In this document: positions 35,322-50,352 of the stretch, piece by piece
Position numbering within the stretch: the first letter of the stretch is position 1
How the letters are laid out: every line of letters starts with the position of its first letter
Assembly (NCBI GenBank): GCA_010356995.1
Contig: ML996689.1
Coordinates: 452,691 to 516,690, forward strand
Reading direction: 5' to 3'
DNA length: 64,000 nucleotides
From: Trichodelitschia bisporula
Lineage: Eukaryota
The notes under the pieces: model-generated
What the model was told of the DNA's origin: nothing
Database searches by the model: none
What the model saw: the letters and a program-made list of their open reading frames with translations, nothing else
Translations under genes and position numbers: made by a program

Positions 35322-38300
35322 GGTTTCTGCCACGATGCCGGAAGAAAAGTCGGGACAAACTTGATCGACGGTTAAAATAATTTTGAGTTGCCTGGATGCT
35401 CACTCAGATCAAGGACGCGTTCTGGGGCAAGACGTGATCTGGGGCAAGACGCGCCGTAGATGATGCATGGCTGCCATCTGAACCAAAGCTGGATAGTGCG
35501 CGTTGAGCGATGTCTGTTCGTTGCCGGTTGACATTGTGAAAGGTTCAAAGCATTTTACTTTCAGTCATCGTATCGTGGTTTGTGGAATTATGCAGAACTT
35601 CATTTCCGTGTGGTCTGGACGGATGATATCACTTGCCTGCCTATGACAGTTAGTCGGCTAGAGCTATCTCGTCTGCGCATTCAACTGTCCGTTCAGGTGT
35701 TTTTTGATACCCCTTTACGGTCTGAAGCTCCCAAGAGGCAGGAAAAAGGACAGTAAATATTGCACTCACCACGGCAAATTCAAGATACGTCAGGCCTTGG
35801 GCTCAGATCTACCCGCATTCAAAGACATCCAGAGTATTCTGCCGACCGATGATGAGGGTTTACTAGAAACGAAAGTCGTTCGGAGTGATTCAGGCAAAGG
35901 TTCAGCAGCAAGCGAGGATGAAGAGATGTGAGCCGCAGGAGAAGGAAGTCGCACATTATTGCCCCGGTTGAGGCGGAAGGTGCAACTCAACACCATGCCA
36001 AGCATCACCAACTTCGACTCTGGGCTTCAGGGACTCTAACGGTGTCCAGCCTCAGCATCAGACTGAGCTATAATAGGACATCAAACCTTTGCAACGTTTC
36101 TCCTAAATACACGACAGCTGGCTCCAAGACCCAGCCGACATGCGGCCAAAAGGGTACTGCCTCGCACTCAACAGCTCATCCGGCACCCCCTAGACCCTCC
36201 ATGTGGACAAGAATATCTAGGTCCAAACGCGCACCCGGAATACCTTCATGGGCAGTAAACCAAATCCCCCATCTGCCCCTTCATCTCCGTCCTCTCCGCC
36301 CGCGCCCTTCGCGCCCTCCCCGCATGCCCATCACCCACCTCGCCCACACCCACCCCCTCCCAGCGCACAACCCCCTCCCCCATCTCAGCACCAGCACCCA
36401 CCCTCCCATCCGCCAACCCAGCGCCACGCAGCCGGTAAACCGCGCAACACTAACCGCTCGCCACCTCCTCATCCCACCGTCCCCCCATATCGCCTAGCCC
36501 GCAACGCCCCCCCTCCCTCCCTCCAAAAGCACCAGACCAAACCAAGCCAAGCCAGGCGAGCCCAGGCCACCCCTCCCCTCCCACCAACCCCCTCACTCCG
36601 CGCGCCGCGCACAAGCACGCCCGCACCCACGCGCAACGGCCGCCCGGAGCACGACGCTGAAACGGCGGACGGACGGGTGTTGGCGGTGCTGCGGTGCGCG
36701 GGGGCGGGAACGGTAGCACTCTTCATGGGGTTGTGGTTCGTCGGGCGGGGCCGTGGGGGCTGGGTTGGGTTAGGCCCTGAATGCGGTTCCCTGGTTCCCT
36801 GGCGGAGTGGGTTGGTTGTACGTCGTCAGTTGGCTGTTGGGATTGAGGGGACACCAGAAGGGGGGAGGGGAGGATGGGCGGTTCGCGTGTCTCCTGGATT
36901 TGGGGCGGGTGGGTGGTTCAGCTCAATGCTCCTGTGACGGTAAGCAATACTGCGGCGCTGTGGAATGCTTTCATATGTCGACATGGCATCGGAAACATCC
37001 CATGCTTATCCCATTCCACCCAATGACCTTGGGCCAAATCAACCCCTTATCATAACCGGCCAGGTGTTTATTGCGAGATATCCTCCTCGCTGACATGTGT
37101 CCGAGCCCTTCCCAGCCTATTCGCCCCTGCCACTGACGTTTAACAGTTAAAGCAACTACCCTGGAGCTTCAATCAAAATATCATAGTAATACCAAGGCGT
37201 TCACACACAGGTGAGACCAGTCTTCGCCTCTACGCTCAAAAGGAGCGATCTGAGTGTGCCAGATCGACCAGTGCTCGGTGACATCCACCATCGACTTTGG
37301 GGCGTCAAGGAGAGGACAGCACATTAGGAACCCTGCCAGCTTCAATGCACTCGGCAGAAAACACCAAAGGGATATGTTAGAATTATAAAAGAGCAGACGT
37401 GAGGTAGGAAAAAGTCCAGATCGGCTATGGAACATCTCCTGGATCGTAGGACATGGGGTGCCGTAGGGTCGCGGCTCAGAGCAGCGAATGTAGGTCAGAC
37501 TTCTCCGGTTAACCTGGCGGACATCTTAGAAGGTAGGAGCATCTTGCATCCTGGAAGAATTGCGTAGACGTCTAGCTAGCCATAGCTCATGGAAGGGAGC
37601 TTGCCTTCGTGGGTGCGGTCCAAATCTGGCAGCCTGTTAAGGAGCAGTCGTCAGTTCCTGTACCAGGAAGGCTACGAAAATGGGAGGCTGAGGGCATAGA
37701 CGCTCCGCACCTATATTGTCAAACCTCTAGAACGGCTACCTTGCGGTACGGCAGTCCCGCAAAAATCTACATTCCACCTCCCGTCATCATCAATCCCCTT
37801 CGCCATGTCACAAAAATCACCCAAACCTGAACCCATTAGCACTCCGATTCAATAGCAATCAGACCACTCTCTCAAATACATGTCCCATCATCTCCTCTTC
37901 CACAGCCTAACCCATCCACCCGTCATCCGGCCCCAATCCACCGCCTCGATCACCGATCCAGCCCCCTCGGCCGTAAGCCGCAGGCCGCAAGCAGCTAGAG
38001 CCGGAAGCGCGCACCGGGCAAAACGGATGCTACAGCGAGCGAGGGTGCGAGGCTAAGCGGGCGGATGGGTTCGCGAGAGCGGGTGGGCAAGCGTAAACGG
38101 GATTTAGGAGGCTGGAAAGGGCGAACGGGCAAGCGAAGGTGTAGAGCCAGGAATCTCTCCGGGTCTTGTGCAGCATGACCGGGCTTTCTTACAGCAGCCG
38201 CTATGGAAATTGCAACTCCATGGTCGTGGCGGCGCTAGTTCGACGTTTGGCTGAGGGTTGAGTGAGCTTGTCATCGGGGGCGGGGGGGGCGAGGTCGAGA

Positions 38301-41300
38301 TGTGGCTTCGGGGTGGCTGGGCTTTGCGGACGATGCTGGTGACGCCGGCGCGCCGCTGTCAAGACCGTGCCTGGCGGTGTTAGGAATCGCATGTACGGCT
38401 AGCGGCTAGCCCTGTGGCCTGTTAGTAACGTACGACAAGGCCAACGCGGGCCAGACGTTCGCGCGCCTGTGGCGAATGGCTGGGCTCCACGAAGAGGGGG
38501 GCAGGATGCGTCGTGGGACGATTAATGGGCGTTTTGATATAGGCTGCGCTGGCGATTTGCTGCGACGAATATACTCTGTGAAAACTTCGCGGTGGACTTA
38601 TGGCTATCTTCGTCCGTTCCGGGGCCATGCGGGAGCTATGGGAAGGCCTGGATTGCCCCAAACACCTGAAAAATCCGGGCGAGGCTAGGGAGATGGCAGC
38701 TTGCCAGTTGCCTTCCATCCCGGCGAGCGTGCGGCACCCCAAACCCCTCTTGTGATTGCCGTCTTCAGTGCGGTGGGTGGTGGTCGGGTCGAATCCCTTC
38801 CGTCGGATCCACCACCCCTCGTGACGTCCTCAAATCAGACGCATTACGTCCGTATATGCGCGAGTGAGGCCAAGGTTCGGTGTTGCATAGGCCTTTGCAG
38901 TAAAGAAGGCTATAATAAAAGGGCTATAGGGAGGAGGGGTGGTGTGTGAACCATGAGAGTTACACCATGGGCGTCAGTTTCCCGCCGGACCCAGAGCAGT
39001 GGGAATGAACAATGGAGCTTTGCAGATGCGTACCGTAAGAAGATGTTCACGGTCCCAGGTCGGAACGGGCAGTCAATCATCGGCTTCAACGCTGCTGAGG
39101 CTGAGTGGAGACAGACAGCGGAGGAAGGTGAGTCTGGGTATGCAGAAAAAATAACTAGGCCGTCCGCGGCAAGAAAATCAGCGGGGCGTTGCCGCAGCTA
39201 CCTGCAGGTCAACGGCGCGTCGATAGTTCAGGCAATAGCGAGTTCCGTAAAATGACGAAAACTGCCAGAAGCTGAGTTAGCGGGGAATGGCCCATCGGGG
39301 TCGATGAGCCTGAACGTTGGATTGAGAAGGTAGGTACGCAAAGTAAATCTCCCGCAACAGGGAGCCAAGCTCCGGTTGGGTTACAGAGTACGGTACACTC
39401 ATTCCCACGCGTGCCCCGAGTACTAGGCATGGGGTCAGTGGCATCATCCAGATTTGAACAACGGTAGCCGGGGGAGGGGTAAGAGATTAGGGATGTGTGG
39501 TTGGGAGCGGATGTAGGGAGAGGGGTTGTGGGAAATCGGAGTGTAAGGTGGCAATGAATGTATACCTTCACGCGTCTGGCTTGACTCCTGCGCATCAGAA
39601 CGTATCATGTATGCCCTGTTGCGCCCCGCGATGGCTTCCCTACCGGTCGGTGGATTTGGCTGCTGGCCGAGTGGCTGCGCCAAGGGGGAGAAGGGAAAAC
39701 AGCGGCCAAAACCAAGGGGATTTTCCCCGATGCATGTTGAGACACATCATCGCGGTGCGAGCTTGTATCCTCCGTATGATAAACGGCCCGTACCGCTGTA
39801 GTGGTTCCTGTTTTTGCGAGGCTGAGGGCCCGGCCAATCACATCGAGTACAGGGCATCACGCCGCCATTAAGCTAACGTCGTGTCACACTGGGAGAAAAC
39901 AGAAATTTCGACGGAGGAGAAAAGCTGTTGGCTGACCAATACTGGCGGTCGACCGTGAACGCGATCGCCGCCGACCGGATGATCTGGCTCCATAGTCGGC
40001 CATCAGTTGCAGACTGAACGCATGCCAGCGCTCTGGAAAGTATACGGCATCAGGATTGTCGTGGAGGGCGTTAAGAGACAAGCAGATAAGGCAGCCAACA
40101 TTCGACTTCGAGGGAAGTCCAGTCCCAAGGCGGCAACATGCGTGTGGACCGACAACCAACGCCCGGGGGATGGTGTTTCATCCATTGTTGCGTTGCTAAC
40201 CTAGGGGTCGAGTTACTCCGCAGCGCGCAGCGGCTGGAGTGGCGGGTAGACGGCAAGTTGCAGTAAGTGGCATCTTTACTCAGCCACCAAGCATGGAAGT
40301 ATAAGGTACGCAACAAACAAGCGCCGATGAGCGGGGGCAGCAAAGCGAGAGAGAAACGTATGGAGAAGTTGCGGGTGCACAAACCCCAATCAATCGCGCA
40401 ATTCGAAGCGCCTTCGAAGCGCGAAGGAAGAAGGGGCTGCCCGTTGAGGCTGACGGCTGATGCTGTCCCGCCAACATGACAAGCACAGCAGCGGCGGGCA
40501 CCGCACGCAGCAGTTCCTCATGTCACCGTCGACCAGCCTCTAAAGGTCCCAAGAGCCAGGGACCAACTTTCGCTCTGTACCTTCAGCGGATAGTGCTGGA
40601 TCTCCAGAATGTTGCAAAGACTGGATCGATTCGAACGCAAGCCAGCAGGCAAGCAGCAGGCAGAGCAATGGCTTGCCTTGACTGTTTAAGATTGTCATCT
40701 GACCTGGCTCCCGGCGCGGTTCCAGCTGCAATTCGCCAGGCCGCATCCGATGCTTTCAAGCAGCAGATGTCTGCACCCGGGCATCAAATCCATGTCAAGA
40801 AAGAAGGGGGAGGCATGTGCAGAAATAAGCGGGTAATTTGTTGCTGGTGCTGCTGCGCCTGGCAAGAGTTTTGGGGGAGGGGGGGAGGGGGGGGCGAATG
40901 CGCATGGGGAACAGAGAAGCCCGCCTACAACTGGGGTTCAATGATGGTTAGGCTAACGGGTGCATGCATATCTGCTGCCTTCAAAGCTCAGGTTCTGCGA
41001 CGCGGGCTTGGGCGTGAATGGCATACCATGCCGGGCGTAAATACGGTGAGCAAACACAGGCTGCGCCGCGCTATCCAGAGCCGGCTTAGTTGGATTGAAG
41101 AAGGCGAGGCAATTCCAATACTGGCTGATATCGACTAGTGGTTTGTTGCTACCGGCTGCTGACGGCGGCGGAGTGAGGTGGTTTACCAAGGCTCAGCGAG
41201 GATGCAGGAGCTGGGGAGATGAGGAGATTGAGGGGACATACGTGGGAGCGGCTAGGCATTTCGTCGGTTGATGATCAAGGTGTGCTGCGGTTTACTGTAG

Positions 41301-44300
41301 TCAGCACCGAAATCGTTGGTGGTGAGGAAGAGCGGAGGGATGAGGTGTCGAGAAAGTTGAATGCGGTGGAGCGGACTGCACATCGCGCACCATTTTGGAC
41401 AGTGTGTGTGTGTGTGCGTGTGTGTGTTCCAAGGGCGTGTTCCTTCAGTAGCTGGAGGGAGGGCGGGGGGATGGTGGACGCTAAGTTATGGAATCGCATG
41501 AGCTGTAACACTGCTAGCCAACTACCATAGAAAAGTATTGGTAATTGGAGGACAATGAAGTAGAACTAGAGATGATGATATTTGGCGCTTAGTGCTGGTG
41601 TTGGTGTTGGTGTTGGTGTTGGATGATGGTGTAGATGGTCATCGCAAGTTGCGACTTCCACTTTCTAGTTCTAACCTGAAGTGTGAAGAGACTGGTAGAA
41701 GGAAGAAAGCCACGAACTTGCTGACATGATGATATGGGGATTGGCACCCTCAAATCCAGCAGTTGCGCACGAATCATGACACAACGATGATGTTGAAGTC
41801 TCCACCTTCTTTCCCCCGTGATTCTCCCATGCCCCCCCATGCCACCCTATGCCACCAAGCTAAACGCCTCAGGAGCCTCAAGCCTCAACTGGTAGACTTC
41901 ATCCTTCCTCAACCTCGTTCCTTCTCCCAATTCTCCTACTCTTCGCCTCTTCAGTTCTCAAGATCCAGTTCTAAATGGGTTTCCATACCATCTCTGCCAC
42001 CTCTTTCACATGTCCCACGTTTCAACACCCACTCCCATTCCCGTCGTCGTTTTACCCGATTCCCAAAACCACAACTCCGCGCCTCCCTTCTTCCTCCATG
42101 AGCCCACCAAACTCCCTCCCCCCCGGTACCCCGGTCAGATCCTTCATCCATACATCTATCGGGCTCACAGTACACAGGAGCAGCCGCATGCACTGATGCA
42201 CGTCAACCACCCTTCTAGGGCCAATTTGTGCCCTGCACCGCGCCTCGATTCGCTCACAACTCCGGGATCCCGCAGATCAGTACAAGCAAGGGACATCTCG
42301 AATCCCCCCCTCCCTAACCAAGAACTCAGACTTCACCGAACTCTCTACTCCAAGTCCCATCTCTCGACTATCCTTCGCCACCCCTCGCATGCGAAAAGTC
42401 CGTCCTATTATCTCGCCTCGTCTGCGTCGCGCATCAGTTGATCCCATGGCCTATCCCATGTTTCTTCTATCGTTACCGCCTCCCCCCAATGCCAAAGGTC
42501 TCAGTCGCAATCCCTCCCCGCCCGTGGTGCACAGCTCGATGCTTCTCGACGTGCATCCGGCCCGGCTTCCTGGGTGGAGCTATGTCATGGCCGTCGGCCG
42601 GCCGCCGACACGGACTACTCCAGGAAAAAAAGGCCGAACCCAAGTCACAACACCGGTTCGAGTGTGCCTTACCATTCCTATTCGAAGCCCTGCCATGCCA
42701 TCTTACCCCCCCCTCTCATCCCCCTCACCCACCCACCTGCTACTACCCTTTCCCGAACCAGTCCATTCCAAAACCAGTTATTTTCCCAAACTTTTTTCTT
42801 CTCCCCACCGAACGGACCAATTTGTATCAGATGGGGTTGCAACGCTCAGCCGATTCCCTACGGGGTTTGGACAGGCCTGTCGCGGCCACGGCCGCTTCCT
42901 ATCCCATCTTAGGACTTTGTCTTTCCCCCTTGGTGCTTCTACCGCCTAGAACTAGATCCGTCAATTTTTTCTCTGACCTGGCAGTTCTCGCCCCACTGTC
43001 TGCCAGTGGCGGTTGTGACAGATAACGGGAGAAGGCGGCTTCTCCGCCATTTTTGGCTTTCCATCGCCTTTCTCCGTTGTTTCGTTTCCACACGCCATAT
43101 CGTGGCGGGCGGAGACACCGTTCACGTTCGTCTCCATCATGGAAACATAGCCCAACTGCAAATGGTCGAAACAGAACGAGGTTGACACCTGGCCACCGCG
43201 CACACTCTCATCCCACCGCCCGGCTCTGAAGACTGCCATTAGCGCATTGCCAATGGCTGTCTGACCGCGCTTCCTACCTAGGCCGAAGTGGGATGGCGAA
43301 GTTTGATCATTCGCGCGCTAGCGTGCAGGTTATTCTTGGACAAGGCATGAAACATTGCATTTACCAAGTTGCCGGAGGTTGGTGGGCACGGTAGTCGTGG
43401 GGATGAGAGGGAGGACGGAAGGGAAGCGGGGATGAAGGATAAGGACTGGGGGGGTGTATGAGACGTGGATATCTCCCAACCGTCGCCTTTTCTTTACAAT
43501 CCGCGTCCACAGTACCCGTCGGCGGGGCTGAGGCGAGTCGGCCGGCCGGTTCCTGCATTGCTGCATGAAAAAGGAGCGCAAAGGCCCTAGCGGAGCTGAT
43601 TCCCCGGAGTAAGGAATGCTGCGGGTGCGTGGACGTAAGACATTTCGAGAACACCGAGCAGCCATTCCCTGGTGTCGAAGTCTTGATAGTAGACCGCTTT
43701 TGGAAATGCTGTTTGGCTGCAGCTTTCCAATGCTACCGTGGTGTTTAGAGAATGGAAATTGGCCTGGCAGCTTGGCCCAGATGAGAATGACTACGGCTTC
43801 CGGAGGGAGGCTGAAGCAGCAGGCAAGCTGCTCGGATTTCCGGCGCCGTATCGAAAGCAGCATCTTCGGATGCGATGAGCGGCAATGGCTAAAGATGTAG
43901 CTGTAGGGCGAAAGGTCTTCCAAGGTTCACAATCATTGAAGGGCAGGACAAGAAGGCGCACCCATAAAGAAGAAGCTAACCAACGGGGGGAAGGGGTGCG
44001 GACAGGAGCGCATTTGGTTCAAAGCTCTCCATCTGCTCTCGCTCACACATGCACTTCCGAATCCTCGCAGGATACTTCTATCAGGTACATTTACTTTCCC
44101 CTGCCTCTTGTTTTTTCAAATCCCATTTGCGAGCCAACTGAAGCCAGACGCTCTCTCCCTTTGCCTTCCCATCTGTCGGTCCAACCCGTCGTCCCCATGA
44201 CCTGCTACTGATAGTCCATCAGCGCTTCTAAACTTTCTATTCACGTACGCATACGGCCCTCCCCGCCCCCCCTTACACCCCCCCACCTCTCCTCCCTCCC

Positions 44301-46529
44301 CCACACACCCTCCCAAATTCCCAAGCCCTTCTCGTCCCGCAATTCCCTCCCACCCCCCTCACTTCCGAATCCACTTGTTTTTGATTCTTTGTCTCTTGCA
44401 TTTGTCGGAAAGGCATACGCCATTCCGTTCTGATAGACAGCAAATAGGGCAGTGCCTGGTTGCTGGCCTTGTGCGACAGAGCATGGCTTCTCGAGCTAAC
44501 GATTCTGCAAGATAAGCATTGTTGTTCCTCGACATACCATTGAGCAGACGTAGCGGCTCTACAAGTGCCGACTATTTTCAACCTCACCGTTTTATAAAAG
44601 CGGACAGCGAGGTACTCGGCGAGCTTGCTACAGTTCATCGACGGTCTCTAAGTGTTCAAGGAACCCTTACGGAGCATTTTTCCCCACCATCAACATCACT
44701 GGCTCGACGGCAACCCATCGCCAGCCATTCAATCGTCTGAAGAGAATTCCGAAAAAAGGAAAGACACCTCGTGCGGCTGGGCGTTCCACCCCGTTCAAAG
44801 GCAGAGAAAAGGTCGCCAGCCCGGTTTTGCGCAACAAGCTGCTGAGGGAAGCTGCTGCATCGTCATTTCATCCAGATCGCTCTTTCCCCTCCACCAACCT
44901 CACGGCACGCAAAAAGCCACCACGCACGCCACGCAGCATTCCATCACTCGTCGGCCCACCAATCCAACACCAAAATCGGCGACTTCTCCGAGAAATCTTT
45001 CCATCACTCGCACCAAGTGATTCCCCCGCCAACAGTTGATCCGAGTCCGCGCCCGTCCTTCTCGAAGCGCCAGCAGAGCCTCAGCTTCTTTTTTGATATA
45101 AACGTCATCTCCCGCCCGTCATCGGAGTTGGAGCCCTTCGCCGGCACGAGCTTTTTCAGGCACATCCTTGTTCGCTGCTCAGATCGTCAAAGCCCCTCGT
45201 TCTTTGGGCGCCACCAGCTTCCCGAGGATCTCGTCCAGTATCCAGGGGCACGTCCAATTGGAAGGTATTGAGCTTACCTGCTATTCGAGGGCAACCAGGT
45301 TTGCCGCAGACAGGGCGCGAATTTGGCGCATCTGCCGCTTCCGCGCGCGGAGAAGCATCGCTCACTCCCGTGTGGGGAATAGTGGCTTGCTGCACAGAGC
45401 TTTGACGGAAAGGGGACAAGGCTCAAAGTTGTTCTAGAGCTAGTTCCTTACTTCGGTACAGTACGCGCTGTGTTAGGATTTGCGTCTCCTAGCAGGCTTG
45501 GAACGCAGAGAACGAAGCTTGCGCGCGTCAGGGCGGCAAAAAGCGACTAGAAACGACTGCACAGAAGAGGGCCCCCACCCAGTGCTGTTACTTTTCTTCC
45601 GGTTCGGACGCTGCGCCGCGTTGGACGGTAGCACCCCTCCGAAAGCCCCGCAACTCTCACCACTCAGCCAGGCCAGCGGGTGGCCCGCTAGAAAGCAGCC
45701 TGCGCGTCAGTCTGCGGTGCTAGAGAAGGGAAACGCCCCATTCGGTCGATATTTTGTTTGTGGGGTGGACAGAAACGGTGCGCCATTCACTTGTCGCATA
45801 ACAGAGACAAACTGCTTCGGGTCTCTGCTGTGGAAGCGCTTATTGGCTTGCTGTCATTGCGCCCGCCGATCGAGGCAGTACGCGTTCTCGACCCAGCCGT
45901 CCCAATTGGCATCCGACAGTCGAGTTTTTGTTAGCAGACACCTTCGACGACTTCCCCGCCGGATTTTTGCAACCGAGGCTGGGTGCTTTGCGCTCGTGGT
46001 TTTGCCTTGGAGCCTCGTGCAGCTCGAATCGAGGTGATCGTCGGAATTGTCCGTTGCGGGGGGGCTAGGCTATCCGAACACCACAAGGCCCATCGAGTCG
46101 AACGTCAACCTCCCGAACAACGTCGCAACTCGGATCGAGGCGATACTTGACCTTCGTCTTCCGTCTCGCCATCATCGCCGTCGAATATTCCGTCTTTTCT
46201 CCGTCGCCTTTCACATGGTACCGGCTACTCTCATTTGCGACAACAGACGAATACTTTCCTCGTCGTGACAGCGTCCAACAGACGCGAGTAAATCCAACCG
46301 CGTAATTGCATCCCACTGCATCGAATTTACGACGACTCGAAGTACTGGTCTGAGGGGTCGTTCGCTCGATTTTCGGTTCTCCCCGACTCCACACACTCCC
46401 GTCCCCCGGCGTGCCTCGAGATTCCCGCTGTTCCTATAAGTCAGTCACAGCGGCTGTTTCCCAGCAGTCTGTTTCTCACAGCGCCACTCCTACGCCGCAC
46501 GAGGGGTTGTGCATATTGGAGCTGCAACT

Positions 46530-49500
46530 ATGGATCAACGTAAGTTAGCTGTGCCATTCAGATCCCTCACACTACCCCCCTGGCCCCTCTCCCCTCCCCA
46601 GTCACATCCTCTCACATCTCACACACCTTCTCCCCCCGGTCATCCCCAGTTTAACTAAACTTCACCACCACATACACCATGTATTTTTTTGAGCTGCTTT
46701 AGTCTTCATGCCGCACGACGGCTTGCCTTTCTTTCTTTCCTTCTTTTCCCTAGATTCGAATGCCCACTAGTTTTGTCCAGCCTTGAATCAGCCCTTGCGA
46801 TTTTAAAGCTCCGGACTTTTCATCTCCATTGCCATCGCTGCCTGGTCTTAAGAGAGGGAAAGCAATTGCGTGGCCGTGATTGCAGTTGCGGCCTTTAGCT
46901 TGAACCAATTTGCTTCCTACTTCCCCCTCCAGTTCTTTTCTCTCATCCTTGCGGAGCGACTCCGACGAGCCTAGCCAGGCGCGATCTCAACCGCTTCCAT
47001 CGACGCACTGCCCGAATCCCGACTGGGTTAAGACTTGTGTAACTCTCGTAGCCCTTGGGCGTGCCGCCCACCTCTCTACCCTGCGTTTTCGTCGTTGCGT
47101 TCTGGCCCACCTTAGTCCGTCCCGTGGGGTAGAGACGCTGTGTTGTCTCCGGCCATCTCCTCTATCATACATACCCACCATCCATCACCACATCACAGAA
47201 CACCATCTCCTTACTCGGTGTCGCATCCGCTAACTCCAAGCCCACTTTCCGGGCTCTGCCACAGCTACTCTCCTCCATCATCAGATTCCGCTGAGCCAAA
47301 ATTACACTCTGTCGGCGGGCCAAGAGTGCATCGATCCTATCGGGACTCATGCACATCATCAACACTACACCAACGGGGCCGTCTCAAACCAAATCCGCCA
47401 GGATAGAGATTTACAAGGGCAAACAAGCGACTTACTGTCAATGAACAGCAACGGCAGCCTTCAACGATCGACACATGATTCAACGTAAGTCGAGACCCTT
47501 GCCAGTATTCTCCCAATCCACTCGGGGCTGCCCTTCCTGGTTGTCTTTCGCCTTGATTCCCCCCCCCCCCCCCCCCCCCCCCCTCCACCAAGTCACGATT
47601 TCCCGCCTTGTGGCTGGCAAAGAAGCGCTCCCGCACGAGAAGCGCAGCACTGCAGCGGCCAGCGCCCTAGCTGCTGCAGCCATGCACACGCGCCAGATGT
47701 GGGCGTTGCCGCTGCCCGGGCAGTGCCGTCAAAACTTCCGCCCCGTTGGCAGCCGGAATGGGCCGTTAAGATGCGCATTTGCGCTCTCTGCTCGATCCGC
47801 TCCCATCCACGTCGTCACTGCAGAGCATCGCGAGCGTTGCGCACGTCGCACAGGAGCACATAACACCAGCGGGACCAGCAGGTCCCGGTCGGGCGGGGCA
47901 GCTATTTCATATCCAGACCCTCGGTCCCGTCGGTGAGTTTGTGTGGTTGATCACACGACAATTTGGGCCCAGCAAGAGAGCAGAGGAGCGCAGACCGGTT
48001 GGAATAGTTCGTTGCTGCCGTTCCGAATCTGCACCTCGCTGTGCCACCCGAGCCTGGAGGGTTACACCTACCTCTCACCCCCCTCTTTCCCCCAGTTCCC
48101 TCAGCACCCCCCCGTCCCACCCTACCACAAATCTTCTCATCGTTCCGCATGGTTTCCCTTTCTAACCCCTTGTGCGTTGTCTCGAACAACATCAAGCACC
48201 TCCCGTTCCCTGTCGGCTAACACTCGGCCGATGCTCATCCAGATATCACACCGGGTCAAGCATCTCAGACTCGACCAACACCACAGGCTCCGTGTCGACA
48301 AGCCCAAACTCCAATACTTCGTCTCTCGCCTATTCCAACTTTTACCCGCAAGCGCAAGCGCGTGTTGCAAGTCCCTACCCCACCGCTTCGCAGGTGGTGC
48401 CGCTGCAAAACTCCTTTGCCTATCCCCAGTCGTATGGTAACGGACTGCCAAATGTCGGACAACGGCACTCGTCTATGTAAGTATCCCGGGTTGTGGCTGC
48501 TGGCTGCTTGCAGCAAGTTCAGTTCCCTGAACTTGCTTGCAGCGGATGGCGGGATTGGGGGGGAGGTTCGGAAGCAGATCCCAAGAATGGGGAATTTTGC
48601 TCCCGAATCTTAGGATGCTCCACAGGAACGCAATGTGCTAACCAGTCACCGTGTTGCGTTCACAGAGCCGATTCCTCGAACTCCGGTTCAGGCCTGCTAG
48701 CGTCTGCACGACCATCGGGCCTGGGTAATCCTGTGTCACCGATCTCAAGCTCCGCCGTAAGAGATAACTACACCACGTCGACGCCGGGTGTGAACAGGCA
48801 CATGCATTCTCCTCGCTCACAGCTCGATCCCCTTCGCTCTTCCTACTCTTCCTCGATGCCCGATACCCCTCGGTCTCTGTTTTCGTCGACGGCCAGTATG
48901 TCTCTCTCGCCAGGCGGCTTGTACACCAACCCCGCGAGTATGGGTTACGGGGTGCACCCGACCTCCGACCCAAGCGGGTCTGGGGAGACGCCACCCTTTG
49001 CCAGTCAGCAAGATCTCCATGAGATAACGTGCGAAGGGCAGCCCGTCAAGCCACACATCGAAGCCAAGATTGAAAAGGGCTTCTTCTACTCGGGCGACAT
49101 GTGCTGGACTTGCTATCGGAGGAATTACTTCTCTGTGCAATGCTCCTACACGTTGACACCACACATCCCAGGTCGACCTCTTTATCTCACTCGCTCGTCA
49201 AATTCTTCCTCAAAACAGCCCGAGCAGATCCAAGCTCTGGCTATGTCTCTCTCTGCCGCCGTTGACGGTGCTCAGGGGAAGGCGATTGATCTGGTCCAGC
49301 ATACGCCGAAGCGCGACAAAGGGCCTCAAACTCCCATTCAGATCACGAAGCTCTGTCCTACACCCCCTGGCGGAACCAAACTCCCCCATCTCCATCATCA
49401 CGCGGCCGATCCTCATTCTCCCTACGGCCCTTTGGCGCCTTACGGCTCACATCACCACCACCCGCATCACCACCCACCGAACGCCGCCCAACCCCCAGCA

Positions 49501-50352
49501 TCACCCTACCTCCCTTTGCAACAGGTTCCAGATCCCGACCAGCCCAATCTCTCCAACGCAAACTCCTCCAGCGGCGCCCCTCCAGGCTCCGCCTCCGCCG
49601 CCTCCTACCTAACGCACCCCCCTTCTCCAACCGCTCATCAGCATACCTTCGAGCGCATCCAATTCAAAAGCGCAACCGCCAACAACGGAAAGCGTCGCGC
49701 CCAGCAGCAATACTACCACCTGATCGTCGAGCTCTGGGCCGACGTGCGCCTCCACCACGACCTGAAGCCCAACTGGGTCAAAGTCGCCCAGCGCGCGAGC
49801 TCTCAGGTCGTGGTTCGCGGGCGCTCGCCGAGCCACTATCAGAACGAGGGGCCGAGCGGGGGCCCGCGGGGGGGCAGTGCGACGGGCGGGCCGGGCGGGG
49901 GCATCGGGGGTTTGGGTGGAATCGGTTCGATGGGCCTGCGAGGCGGGCTAGGCGGCGGACACAGTCTCAGCGGCTACGCCGGGCTTGGCGGTGGCTATCG
50001 CGGTACTCAGTATGCGGCAGGGACGGAGGGCGCGATGGGCAGTGTGAGCTCTGGTTCCGCAGGTACGGGAGAGAATGTCGAACTCCCGGTCTCGGAGGCG
50101 GCAACTCCAGTCAAACAGGCCACAGGGGCATACGACGGGTACCAGTATTACCCGAGCCCGCTGTATGAACTCCCACTGCCGCCGGTTAAGAGCGAGGTGT
50201 TTGGTGATTTGACTACGCGGAAGGAGGAGGGCGTGTCCGGGAGCGCGGCGGCAGGCTTGTTTGGGTCTGGAGGGCTGTTTACGGGTGGTGTGGGGAGGTT
50301 TCAGGGCGTGCATAGCAGTCGTGGGTACTATGCTGTTGACTCGGTGTACTGA
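46530..50352 (+). CDS. NDT80/PhoG-family transcription factor (introns 46540-47240, 47485-48242, 48477-48665)
   Basis: NDT80 domain KIEKGFF...WTCYRRNYFSV...LVQHTPKRDKGP...FERIQFKSATANNGKRRAQQQYYHL...VVRGRSPSHY. Three GTAAGT..GCTAAC..AG introns give an open spliced frame from ATG 46530; TATAAG at ~46436. Confidence 0.88.

Noticed and set aside
35704..46394. Numerous 60-230 aa ORFs in the gene-poor region
   Set aside because: Low complexity, mostly non-ATG starts, no domain motifs or consistent exon structure.
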